61,276 nucleotides of DNA, taken from contig JAPLKN010000145.1 in the NCBI GenBank assembly GCA_026388075.1, positions 1 through 61,276 of the forward strand, given 5' to 3'. Position numbers and translations under genes: made by a program. Source of the DNA: Elusimicrobiota bacterium (lineage in GTDB: Bacteria > Elusimicrobiota > Endomicrobiia > Endomicrobiales > JAPLKN01). Positions 46,601-47,335 of the stretch are shown here, one piece after another. Positions within the stretch are counted from its first letter, which is position 1; the number at the start of each line of letters is the position of its first letter. Below the pieces are notes generated by a model. That model saw only the letters and a list, made by a program, of their open reading frames with translations, made no database searches and was not told the origin of the DNA.

Positions 46601-47170
46601 CGATTCCTATGTCTGGATTCTTTGGAGGATGGCTCATACAGCTTTGGCATTGACTTAAGTGAAGTAACTTTTGGTGAAGCTGGCCCAGAAGACCTCACAG
46701 AGAAGGGCCTTGGGAAAAAGGTATTTATGCTGGCTACCGAACTTTTTCCTGTTGGATCAACATTCAACATCGAGATAAGGAACGAGGATACCTTAACTAT
46801 TCTGGAGAACATGATAGCGTCCGGGAATATCTCCAGCATGGCTGAGCTCGAAAGAGTATTCACCGAAGAAACAGTTATGGGCCACATCCTCGAGGTTGCC
46901 GGTTTTAGAAATTTCAAGTTTATGTATGACCCAATTGGCTATTTCTCCGGGAAAAGCGGTAGTTTCAAGGAAGTGGAAGAGAACAATATTGCCGAATTTG
47001 GGCAGTGGATTGAGGAATTCCATGATTTCCAATTGGTTGCAAAGAAAACTGAGGCGAAAAGGGATTATTTAAAGCAGGTTTTTGAGGACAATAAACAGAA
47101 AGAACCAGATAAAACAAAGGTATTAACAAATAATTCTAACGCAGATTTGGATGGCGAAAAACAAGAGTAA
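19610..47170 (+). CDS. Giant mosaic protein C (9186 aa, 27.6 kb). It has N-terminal signal/TM segments, at least 10 enzyme-like or repeat domains, five junction/adaptor cassettes and internal and C-terminal TM clusters.
   Basis: Single uninterrupted ORF starting at the first ATG after an in-frame TAA (19577-19579). MKRNLIFILVFIFLLNNFSA is a hydrophobic N-terminus. No convincing SD. It ends at TAA 47168-47170, and the same frame stays open into ORF D. Confidence 0.9.
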   Translation: MKRNLIFILVFIFLLNNFSAIDILFFNNSTIVTNIIKAQSPILSVFSMSVLPMKVFEALADKLNISKKQGNNQPENQTEEKRNSSSDYAIISSEKVFIKVLKTKIPDNLSVIFNGLNEMYRAFTICARGSPPGKQVNFFILLLLLYLILLSRSNLPNSSVRMIFVKNMSRLLKKSRVFYLWAGSILKFNFKKAVAVFTAACFMFSVVGADVLRASTVISERKKEIYEIENSLDSTIIPASLGRVTSEKCFESDRVVINIQDLHCNSEVQRNISGILKNLDDKYGLHRIFVEGASGEVDTSWLCGLTDANFKNKAIEILVNQGKLTGSEYYSVISNKPKLLYGLEKEGPYNENLKRLNKIIDCQPMYEKIIKEIQKDLDEMKTNYLNPQQKRLENIVSKYRQGKIDSGKFYKLINKYIDKLNKNKETYDIGSISLSQYENIKLYLDALEIERGINYGAVSQELQKFVQNIKQKLSYSTYREIAEKTNNFTKLDETYTCLSYLSENKTFSVENGSHNLREFFKYLKTSKKINPIRLIREENNLISEIRTGFSQNITEYEISFLAGTFCSFEDYLRNKLSYEEYKKFKANFEEFRLLWQKYTGGNQLKELEKDFELLNAFYNLNAERNEYFIEAIFKKKVKVEVKVKEQQDNKNGIIQETLPSRPLGSSQKESDSKKVSSQLKKAKEITVVITGGFHSEGLEELLSDNKISHITITPCVIKEIKTCEKIYKEIAKEQFKNISAQAIALKLLSQMSPETKFSELVNVKIIKAIEEGQKAFEKLMKGNENNIEMILENMQVIWNANKTIADKEGKIKSVKNLGIKDSGYHFAIDFGTGETEFAYVPGAVNPVQLVIESAQLSNKAVSGKADIQKILEQMKAGLQDREIKSKNGKIFRLKINGDDKIAIFISLIDDKGQESSIVSHVSYTEDNEMNISLVLDEVVFDHEANDLTGQWLGGQILEFCSNYVPAGTKFSLEVVNTETIQKLIRGYKTKSFADIAEMTSFFKEQTPIGKLISGKSGLGGFEFEQNFKIIKDKSEISSFIDMLEKGLQKKEGFILHAIKLASENEVSDKEEKIAQFRVALRQRFFSMVWIKDRDASGKKLSYYEKEKMLKDFEDGLTEKYKNIVNNPSSYDKCFQEMVGIITAFYKLHSRGFFYLDIDKPKDIADFLENRIIKAEPLFSISRINKSAMQFNGLAGSGATAAVLKIILKGHEGQKLVVKTMFNYKDDKNQKYFKRERKILKKFQNFQWAVRLYDDLTEEFCVEGGILKGIVMEDISEGIDPEQFPAGDFTNEYFKELIDALLAIINSGHKITEDFQNVILNGHPKIYDFGAYGEIRSENQRNENIEEANKIVRFLTRKNITEYLQSTRNITLTKEEISIIEELFINEPQKITIKEFCDRYISQKEAMQKKPQALGENISSDDQETSGKKGGEIRPKDLKRAVAVTYGIGAGIGIANLLIQLALGQVFGVAGPKYLVPFDGIDEEDVRPSVPKFNYYTPQEFMGVRRRYPGGRWEIRINPAVYKVLISLPVFMQRVVLSYTGIVGHEAYHLNFKNSEKIKYNRHQEIRAYGLAQVLPASSGVVVSLFLIYCCGMGIIGSIIAGVLTSFIVVNLISEIYGNHVIKREQFERLFTLPGNTGFVLQNQWNDAAEADEKRKELKDLFGKNSKKIEKYLFERPTPENAVSHVQKEYQAMFALIFELLPKNCAFYTYDDFEDNSFGSISSSDNSIFLHRSISANQAALWKYMLEFLAEKNLLKITLKNQVLIIESNGKTIGEIKISDEAITYTKHQDFADSKEDSLPYLIHLMCREVFGKYSEDLNLFESKYKETLENCSLNEDLILNPSLSPYPELYKETKEIFEDLCSAAGIEGATLWLLDNEDISVFAVPGMRIAAISVGTFKKIKHLTKDAIAFALAHEIRHISQKELLNISQTKHRISRKAAKETDADYFALCLMNKAKYNVLEATKLFESLKDEEELDDTLKMILELRDEHGSVEKRIKHLRDLINDTNWGNTSEIKYFSKSAADSLDEKTRLNKIIKLVSGVRTFKELSDILLLISTDSGLQEYVNTILASGIMNVFKSFEQDLHLEKRISEHDFKFKFTLTDGFTLLLILFGDMKWQSIFKNNKYYALLKTIFASKGFTRINIDFQTFMSEYEHTYGKIISDITINILLNNICQTWLYIFGENKQAMEMARKYIKKRIARSMSRIEVQPKQLIKFPLASTAGAISPTIFHSDDAYKWYLDMCMEEMLKNKHWNIAYVTELIKQLDNLSETVKDDYYTLYGSLLKFYDRIVKVLIESGAYSDEELAKLLFDHSYLLYAGHESNPYVNSRAFKVIFDLYGKNGRYKERTEELLKNIWDKYCSFSILWIMAEKYYEEFKKGNYDYLHFLKLDGNELLYIYKTLAKKHRTRQERYEILVILTDYAQKKNIEFIYDSYMTMREFRNALPETDGELMACIEELIARAKNTYPGIEKALSSVDQIGKKAKEILIWMLMFGCYDFTRLNLSIEEKEVLLEVLRTIYDKKTESKNGSADLEVPEKKLQELILGEKDGYYRESNEQRLLREQTDVGLDLFLRKIGYSDNDQVLTNKVQFLKTVADIRMGVSRSAKFKGKVSNENNSTGGSVADYKITEAYENYFRKLFDLPFYIERPDASQNRKQYFKDDVFDFIFKTEMSFEDCLGYVKRYLPPSVIRNLVLLALLLKEAEKIYPDENVFNNFLTSTRVLNDKAIKEKVGMVLPLLVPDSTLLANNTVLIEHLVEKERRGKKSGLGGADSFSEEIKNKRERGTASVAGVRERCKVFIKTIFIILTNFVRYVILKVDRKLFPKRYLKQVRNIFDQRNVSAKFLGEKRQNIIANEITPSLFKEELLQKRGLDKFIIKAFAEEHNISPDGIANLSPKMLAQFINTYIVEENLATKEIIDLSDIKNRSERNRAQELLDKIKVKVEKPVSSNTQNPRRYIDNIDQKIKYDQYIEQVREFNVIVLKSMYPKSIHISYQKDVVDTVVGNYFMENILHAMYQIMSPKSIQRLATAYFERKRREKGIQKIDALYFDYNHPNKFAQPDAVLPDVFFGEEIMGNIQSGVEFLNKISFVCSKFVNSQPARDKYLEIIFEQELANIKVKSGEARDKDGILQVCGMLAAVREQSKMFYNSYFSDRYLSEALSIDVGLSELSAALENEQFTLMKEIGIIEQYFPEKSYIRDDILKSLWESVHDFEEAKKLQAMMYGDRRNMLGDVKTERKVFYEEKFKILFEELPRMDKNDFMLWIIGIKEKPVFMRQWEEMLGISFDQLKNIYQMPQGSARYKFVGESARNLFIEEMFLGSQGILKDSKLFEYFMSQIVEYILNKTDVGKTVSKSVLRKISKAVIKETDNDKKLEIVKALSLNLSSVFQEGQGNEFDVIVKLMESLGIIGIKIGQMIGFSNEIDVSPELKNKFKKLGSSAVPLTKQVAFESLINLGMQDKIKSIDESLGSASIKIVFGATLNDGRKVALKILRPKVAHDLKKDLKMFKKVIARLRKQGVKIPNGFEDRASSNIEEDADFENEIKNSALLESQLKEISQEHTFKLSCSGAQVQFALPVLYEGSNNKILFCEKISGRDLKDEDGLISDKILSREELSELKGVIFDFLMIQMFEKGLYLGDPHGGNFRIVREDGVIKVYLTDVGAMEKLEKDAEKYRRFLIGLGCMKRNIKTAGEFIDEALFFTRAGHLIENKGEKELLKIMLQKMPKDVAPYDTTDIDSAVKKFEIDFIKDVISKKVHRTSKKENSVKPDAKEFLAEDEEAEEALDEPELAQGLKSLGEKPEVVVAKAAANGVEVVLGGVVIKVAQWIADKIVALGIKNLEVPKDFSDYDGWLKLIQDNAVTLSGVIQGAHENMYEDEKHLVTGEKLKLYKTKIEKIKQLLEENGYPGFDVLVSENPNLIHPEGDAYSLATFNTDKKKIMVHTAFLDRAPPEMIEELVKHETGEDNALKGNDPGFEKYISDLSVESQQPIETYRNQGIYHKYLKSINEQETLLNYSEEIADAERKKRISKELGNFKSSLSRVKNPDGSYTSKPSADISPLELIKKLIIQARENGHDAVEIYTDDYFGFMKFDQPAAEFKQAHIKMFDEMIGKAQEIKKLASELGIEINVHAPAYHFIENDLSRYLEPAKDFEIFEKTIQFAKALEAKTIIIHLTNTDEASLNGFIKFVKEAAKSEIKVGIENTNYNKDNVKVKGDAEFYPKTKPHNYEEFTKALQFINSKLRIRERQYLGVTLDLNKAYNSQIGDKAQTDVIEYLTRLKEKNINLFNIHLTQLDINNPKRKTPIYKNGLILMVSFLNEVMKYYGASVYINQEINEGILSPLKAEKKLISLGKKPRVAVARAAAKSKGISVILFDMHGTLYDAEIFNKAIKDSLIFAYAKKYNATFDEAEFIVNNKRKELTQDGKIALSDSALALDLKVSWAEKDAAEDEHLPYEKIKENRKLQEVLMKLKKQGYILALATNAGPSRVNKIMDKIGIRKYFDFIYSRNDLNATKPDPKFFEKVLSLLGEKPQQIIYVGDEPKKDIVPSENLGIWTLKANGPEEINCISKRLEEISKAKKKGRQQPLPISIFDYSGDIEDVGPILEKKQEGVKYEEFKIRIKAYKATLEISYSVPCVLLTSETNILARFFANVIKKYTEGQNIDSVEIITKNKSLSRMTKREIKNINGKGQKVNGKGVSIVLFDVDGTLYKSEKFAKAIKDSLVLTYMNKQNELRKDHPELGKTLTFEDAKAIVDNKRKELSQDGKVTVSDNKVSLELGISWAEKEAAELENLPFNAIEQNKKLQKILKKLKKQGYILAIATNSSTNRAREVLKRIGIDKDYFDFIFTKENLEALKPDKKFFKKAIDLLIEEPDEIIYVGDEPKKDIEPSENLGMWTLRADGPEGIYGISEKLKEIKKAKKHGRQKPLPISIFEYSGNIENVSQLIRHEQGILRYEDVNVIIDTDKGLIQFSFSVPIYLLSWEINIIARFIAAHIMEKAEGVNINLVKLVSGQKKLNKTVENFIRTHASIDDNIKRSSFDINKILGLGDRLEPVTLGEDIVRIVARAAAFDGGFAKWLQDKFRLTAQFSTEESWLETLSGKSIEVYLALLELFKKGAVTEIPEKIKIIIKEFIDEAAKWLNVDPSMIDIVTTTNPDLISRDAWGLSALQKNANGRITIYVHQLFWEELINKSQKVKKRLVEKLLKHEPGEYLALIEPEKGNKIHQLIYDGFTNYLIEKLNTQKTLVKDNRYRNSKNFHEYLKYIEEKSKKKKPLTEAEELLNGQGELFSFAEEIKEKYSSILAEKEYNDLCSKGMVDKKFVYKHKLNTELLEKIVRNEKVDDFVRIYAFVILSCPRYFVGSNGKTFINQNFSYFGPRPVPQEKLVELAKLLKPAAISFISKANDSNENWRDRFEEIMFRNDPRILELSAYSTAVFLSYISDMFSFDKRFEDNFHSLLRAVTDTKKEAIRGDSCACFEDGIIKLDLYKMKQKNKEPVLIFQSIAHEIGEAIWDVVYNYPDNDTNQRIAEYFADLNIFIFSHNCGLDKKEDFIDKLFKGIKYFMDYDTFLKDKNIAKNVHPQSRVFIRMHLDKAGGAGKIEWLKLAKAVLKTATDEANKSKEFYKIAILSLADYLGVNKRTAEEYISGISKIIYLKDAELKASEIIPSPDIVEKLIYESPDRPKDTSLKTAFLGENIFWVFAQAARLGNRFVSETINNYLLCLMDIPESINEWFEALENKSVKDTPLMRSLFKSIFSAGAVEKVGEGLEAYTESLKNEYSLRLKTSKLTVKTSNNPALIGIKGWALATLGKHTDGTFTPLENTADSPQQLVTQSQDGNTNLSSSFVRKQGSLTGFTLYIHQAFWDALKGKTLAEQEELLRILFDQEIIKHLALEGEDPEFDIFIKDNILSKLNLLEIPQDISRYRTDENFGEYSRIKYPKHEKLQIFGKKISQTYFQGLYLKMAHILYKLYSKNEIFPQDIKEIFKEIKEELNSYGFKNINQLNLLKETINWAGFITKGLYGLDKLLREKKYSQKKVEKIAKRLFAGFLGYYKNESSEPSEIKGRQIKNIRKYNIPLNEIFKLMDSGKDLSGLKTLKQNLTASNKNKPQAKALSEELPLLIANAVLGCFLPDFVPRICEAIGIEADSLYASKPMDLASKIADNSALLADALLALFKRGAINKTFTKEEEQYINEYKTEAAFKLFGIRDGSKIKLVTSNNPALIQGKAWAHSTIEVDEVNGNATIYVHQAFWEALKNKAPPAQLNQLVQKVLLKMLFGHELDEDSALKGEDPDFEQFIEPILKEKNLPITEENKSKYRTIKNYHEFLRSKKPEKAVILDFGKKAAKEYYDGLYLKMLNIVCRLFIKDKELSSVDIMSAVKEIENTVLQYGFYNVGMLEHFGERIGWSEALLKTFLDGYVELAMHSKADTYFQKSAQESVQKFFTQLLKYCAIKSAEMFEVRKGEMWNVYRNRFALNKITKITEKGDELLILFKRIERFLKNDERQNRCETLQINKDFVFELARVLMPDSLRELSDVKDSDHCDLISYLLSGLLTELPLSEEKYELVCLDLKNRTATGVLHNNRLLVLDYAAERVFELSLNDYTEEKEPEGKKSVIKRYMISKVPIEDNFVQMNYKEIKIYPFSTAKSIYLVELGALCLKKAEITHEKVYYDQAGKYFDEAIETDPNYPNAWENKGLLFEKLDKLDEAAGCYKKVIELDPPNNRTTRDRLTNEIKKAEEKQEIELEVFEGIMKLQGYDKEVSDLKLRAQKLKIRVSDDIYIATAIGNRELIDDLLKREKDFEADKQAYKSKKGQELAVAYLKSSGEILSVRRFKPENEEGILNLIHTETKEDWSGLGLNSSLLYILFLMFCRDDNFKKAVTTFLTDSDSYKSEKEQPIPGTGYDFYYRLKKYAGKEAVNLRDLYKEGRFSGRYAEIYFDKLNLDSIKEHLAKHLKELTHEKTRQIQFQILEKRLRADMWVGNVASDFGKRITEFIEKLNQDLNILNKSSDKESLNKAKEIEEIKEKSESLNKKAEHYSEPEEFILFSNDERIQEAMRNAAAIYMPKDASSYTEKYLINIRNDKGKIVSAILYRLDEETDKKAKQTHLCRISVSYDWDNLGNNKLNKSTISDAFIKVPTIELGKIFFEILESIAGEGSAKVVKENKLEKNIEINLNKLNLVNLDDFSIIDKLIEIVNELDADAMLIDHIDKINKIIYLEVKTNKEYTILKIPYAESVANKKLTAKGTYQAYGELYPDKIIRDQNFENWWENPANAKAKRDCEINFAPVKEYKESTKDPIGFIVSHVDLSVKDNLGEDNLRILALQGLTFKTYKKFAARTPEKTIELLSKTFNNDKRAINTFLKTFYQRARVVDQMMRFEEIGENIGKPGQVREYGLFRAAINGVISLIIRLMTRLKKNVVLAEEGIEQTRIKAGNILSHWWNNFINKAPLLQNEIKAKRIKTIVFNKAELIKLNIRIPEIEEYKKDREKALWDRYEIEKIKWEKGETPIPLAPGIGNFLKVLQEKNKPCIITSGEELDKLKTKISDMKLKKYFKNENIHGFPETKAEVLKNIAEPGTKLIMFGDAPSNMKAAKDAGAVAVGIAHNEKGAARLKEAGADIIVLGGFIELTEILEGKKPLENNGNVIVINKIYDLNADKYVFDWDGTISDAFWFWPEVEGEQIAGYICSKDENNKAIWEKAKLWAAEFGRTSFWQSPTPLTLDNKYEILITGLKELQSNVLSLKIKDFFKKYLENFNIKNIKYLSFFSHFQIFRIVCSISRLLKYGKIDVGDASDFILLLHNLMMIAKQDMAKIVNYIIRNLSRINEQVGLKPYMISLLDNFGKSKSVLYKLEDLPLKFFLSLRKQKIVLKDIKSINVILTAKLEGRGDIPNAFDLASGITEMFPDKDITLTFFEENTYKLFAKDFQMKIPNLRIAHGLDTDKAKDCDLIIFITIPWTYIHGINPLETNLKGRKATFYIPCFDWWHMSNGAFIDKRDNQITLHMFLKSGFSPGTNGLIFDSINISATKQQLVDKLYRKLHRTKRIQDIKSMIINSKWMFAYSSSSREIYYKILSLAKSVKDEQISIFMPLDYQKDKEIISFIKNSEDMLYFSKNIKDSAKVKDISKIKLIIINTKTFDLHRKIILALLGNSDFPVFVSGNVSLSEAIKRKIPFIYMKTNFHTKVSAEAMKYSFSDILPIDKSKVLKNSFEIIDNYLEGNTNTIPAELFVRKDWQIYLKEWEELVYERMNFFKTIQGIVNGKKLIEIDGYFEDPSFFKFVESVKEVRVVYRYRYLTESCGIAIYDALHQLKEEGYDLKDALSCIDNPELSKYAIEILSGAEIENEVGDILIKMLRQYVHKWKVDRKMLPVINSVISIFSLATPFMRSDAEIIKLLRHPNNEIKKEAFKYLKSIGDDDSLKIIQSLSEKKVSNEKARIAKEVNDYFEGILSEYDKEQIYSIDDFIENVNPQLLIRWEPNQTKKVTEILENELETINNSDKINKIINFKVSSGSLRKNNWMLGSGIDEIEIEYLGEKNVLEMKIKSMLNRFCVLIKEEGWVWSNIRWIQKNADEAVLNEFRNDRKVLTIQKKEDKDSKWLTKKIFYRNKLLDEWNSFGKSVKELVKKLHIAMALKNFNNKQIKVNLNRKEIVLLHYLERKGLISIIKNRIFIKWFSNRRGTNILFNYLIFNAEKINKTIPEAPIDKEVLEQEGKINPDKPQLTREDVYIKYGQKHGLNPGWYLSRPTFPEEEKVWIQHRRAAERMAGWYELPQFFTDPIGFLFSHYITTKYERAWNWVSFSMVIVAWLASVMVPWLGVAVFLGNVIVRSIGSYIKLRRYEAEKLGKWEAEQEKTKYEIRKAGVKEITQKSIIIGAIVGTVAGTISALVIGTITSFLIPFTLVFIAVAAYNFIKLHQKYNKEKGTGTKWEAPLTEEQCKTLAEKDYEQNENFKDMVRQGKVDRGAVILFLAIKHYIRGKKVTAKDGREYTLVAKMEHPWSIEIYLKNNEETESNKRFLCLDSLEDGSYSFGIDLSEVTFGEAGPEDLTEKGLGKKVFMLATELFPVGSTFNIEIRNEDTLTILENMIASGNISSMAELERVFTEETVMGHILEVAGFRNFKFMYDPIGYFSGKSGSFKEVEENNIAEFGQWIEEFHDFQLVAKKTEAKRDYLKQVFEDNKQKEPDKTKVLTNNSNADLDGEKQE
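20370..21780 (+). other. Possible ChaN/Tiki/TraB-erythromycin-esterase-superfamily-like domain
   Basis: VINIQDLHCNSEVQRNISGILKNL...IFVEG at the N-terminal end and VVITGGFHSEGL at the C-terminal end resemble the GExH...H..Q / G..H motif pair of that superfamily. This is a weak, motif-only call. Confidence 0.2.
23180..23700 (+). other. Protein-kinase-like fold (atypical)
   Basis: G-loop-like GSGATAAV, LVVKTM (VAIK-like Lys), RERKIL (alpha-C Glu), hinge IVMEDI, ITEDFQNVIL in place of the catalytic loop, and IYDFGAYG (DFG). Confidence 0.35.
23843..24480 (+). other. Membrane-embedded HExxH module (ALGENI junction, TM, RYPGGRWEIRINPAVYKVL, HEAYH, 2-3 TM helices)
   Basis: HEAYH is encoded at 24239-24253. 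Flanking hydrophobic runs are AVAVTYGIGAGIGIANLLIQLALGQVFG and LPASSGVVVSLFLIYCCGMGIIGSIIAGVLTSFIVVNLI. Same architecture as 49421-50050 in ORF D. Confidence 0.5.
25200..25530 (+). other. M48-family-like Zn metallopeptidase domain
   Basis: NEDISVFAVPGMRIAAISVGTFKKIKHLTKDAIAFALAHEIRHISQKE ... ETDADYFAL matches the M48 pattern (NAFA...I.v..GLl..l..dEl.aVlaHElgH ... E.eAD). HEIRH is encoded at 25349-25363. Confidence 0.6.
29790..30610 (+). other. ABC1/UbiB-family atypical kinase domain
   Basis: The diagnostic motifs occur in the expected order: GIKIGQMIG, LGSASIKIVFGATLNDGRKVALKILRP, EEDADFENEIKNS, ILFCEKISG, LYLGDPHGGNF (30509-30529) and LTDVGAM. Confidence 0.7.
30980..31640 (+). repeat. Junction + adaptor cassette head, copy C1 (SLGEKPEVVVAKAAA ... 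ENPNLIHPEGDAYSLATF...IMVHTAF...HETGEDNALKGNDPGFEKYI)
   Basis: The junction is encoded at 30980-31024 and HETGE at 31473-31487. By eye about 85% nt identity to ORF D copy 48380-48770. Confidence 0.8.
31770..32600 (+). other. Xylose-isomerase-like TIM barrel (AP-endonuclease-2 / sugar phosphate isomerase-epimerase family)-like domain
   Basis: LGIEINVHAPAYHF ... AKALEAKTIIIHLTN ... EIKVGIENTNYN ... NIHLTQLD matches the beta-strand-end H/E pattern of that family. Confidence 0.45.
32639..32683 (+). repeat. Junction motif only (SLGKKPRVAVARAAA), directly preceding HAD cassette 1
   Basis: tccctagggaaaaagccaagggtagctgttgcccgggcggcggca. It shares GTTGCCCGGGCGGC with copies at 48074, 53835 and 55620. 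Confidence 0.8.
32690..33660 (+). other. HAD-IA hydrolase domain 1 plus a trailing unknown domain of about 110 aa. Motif I is the variant DMHGT.
   Basis: ILFDMHGTLYD (DMHGT at 32714-32728), LALATNAG, ATKPDPKFF and YVGDEPKKDI cover HAD motifs I-IV. The domain is followed by GRQQPLPISIFDYSGDIEDV... Confidence 0.7.
33670..34700 (+). other. HAD-IA hydrolase domain 2 plus the same trailing domain. Motif I is the canonical DVDGT.
   Basis: VLFDVDGTLYK (DVDGT at 33698-33712, 984 nt after copy 1), LAIATNSS, ALKPDKKFF, YVGDEPKKDI, then GRQKPLPISIFEYSGNIENV... Confidence 0.7.
34751..35330 (+). repeat. Junction + adaptor cassette head, copy C2 (TLGEDIVRIVARAAA ... TNPDLISRDAWGLSAL...ITIYVHQLFW...HEPGEYLAL)
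   Basis: The junction is at 34751-34795 and HEPGE at 35204-35218. Confidence 0.7.
35500..36300 (+). other. Degenerate zincin-like domain paralogous to ORF E 54500-55400 (HEIGE here, HEISH there)
   Basis: VRIYAFVILSCPRYF ... LIFQSIAHEIGEAIWDVVYNYP aligns by eye with LRIYAFSLLCSNYQ ... LLELCHEISHSAQECVYGIANEYG. Confidence 0.3.
36656..37330 (+). repeat. Junction + adaptor cassette head, copy C3 (FLGENIFWVFAQAAR ... SNNPALIGIKGWALATL...LYIHQAFWDAL...EIIKHLALEGEDPEF)
   Basis: The junction is at 36656-36700. The His-Glu motif is degenerate here (QEIIKH). Confidence 0.65.
37915..38520 (+). repeat. Junction (degenerate) + adaptor cassette head, copy C4 (LSEELPLLIANAVLG ... SNNPALIQGKAWAHSTI...IYVHQAFWEAL...GHELDEDSALKGEDPDF)
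   Basis: HELDE is at 38414-38428. This is a tandem paralogue of the 36656 cassette, and the downstream helical part is also alignable (YRTDENFGEY.../YRTIKNYHEF..., GLYLKMAHILYKLY/GLYLKMLNIVCRLF). Confidence 0.6.
39520..39750 (+). other. TPR repeats (2-3)
   Basis: YYDQAGKYFDEAIETDPNYPNAWENKGLLFEKLDKLDEAAGCYKKVIELDPPN is a classical TPR consensus. Confidence 0.7.
41950..42480 (+). other. HAD-like domain with a degenerate motif I. A separate DWDGT motif follows at 42554-42568.
   Basis: IVFNKAE stands in place of DxDGT. Also present: CIITSGEE, K...IMFGDAPSNMKAAKDAGAVAVGIA and ADIIVLGG. Downstream, YVFDWDGTISD looks like the start of a further HAD-type fold. Confidence 0.45.
43190..44130 (+). 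other. EarP-like (GT-B, arginine rhamnosyltransferase family)-like glycosyltransferase domain
   Basis: The motif order matches my recollection of EarP. LEGRGDIPNAFDLA corresponds to DNYGDIGVTWRLA (GDI at 43229-43237). FLKSGFSPGTNGLIFD corresponds to FFPGF...GGLL. WMFAYSS corresponds to SLFAYEN. FDLHRKIILALLGNSDFPVFVSGNVSLSEAIKRKIPFIY corresponds to YDRLLWCCDLNAVRGEDSFVRAQWAGRPLLWHIY. Confidence 0.4.
44530..44850 (+). other. HEAT-like repeats
   Basis: NPELSKYAIEILSG... and LLRHPNNEIKKEAFKYLKSIGDDDSLKII resemble PBS-lyase-type HEAT repeats. Confidence 0.3.
45940..46300 (+). other. C-terminal TM cluster of ORF C (about 4 helices) followed by a HQKYN...GTGTKWEAPL juxtamembrane motif
   Basis: WNWVSFSMVIVAWLASVMVPWLGVAVFLGNVIV and IIIGAIVGTVAGTISALVIGTITSFLIPFTLVFIAVAAYNFI. 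Confidence 0.6.
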
Positions 47171-47335
47171 AAGAAGAGCGAACAAATTGAGCCTGAAAAA
47201 ATAAAAAAGAGGACGTCCAAAAACAATCAAGCCGAAGTTCTGAAAAGGTTAAATAAAGGCATTAAATCCCACGGCGGAAAGCCGGCGGCAAAAGAGAACA
47301 GAAAACCCTATGTAGAGGACACGAACCAGAGAAAA

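Noticed and set aside
47168-47170. Alternative genetic code (TAA reassigned) as an explanation for the in-frame stops
   Set aside because: The housekeeping genes end properly at TAA (rpmH, yidD, jag, mltD-like), TGA (rnpA) and TAG (yidC) with normal protein lengths. The organism therefore appears to use the standard bacterial code.
19610-47170. SecA/DEAD-like ATPase segment of the kind reported in some giant proteins
   Set aside because: I scanned all five translations for GxxxxGK[ST] and DEAD/DExH motifs and found none. The GKT tripeptides present (e.g. SNGKT) lack the upstream Gly spacing.
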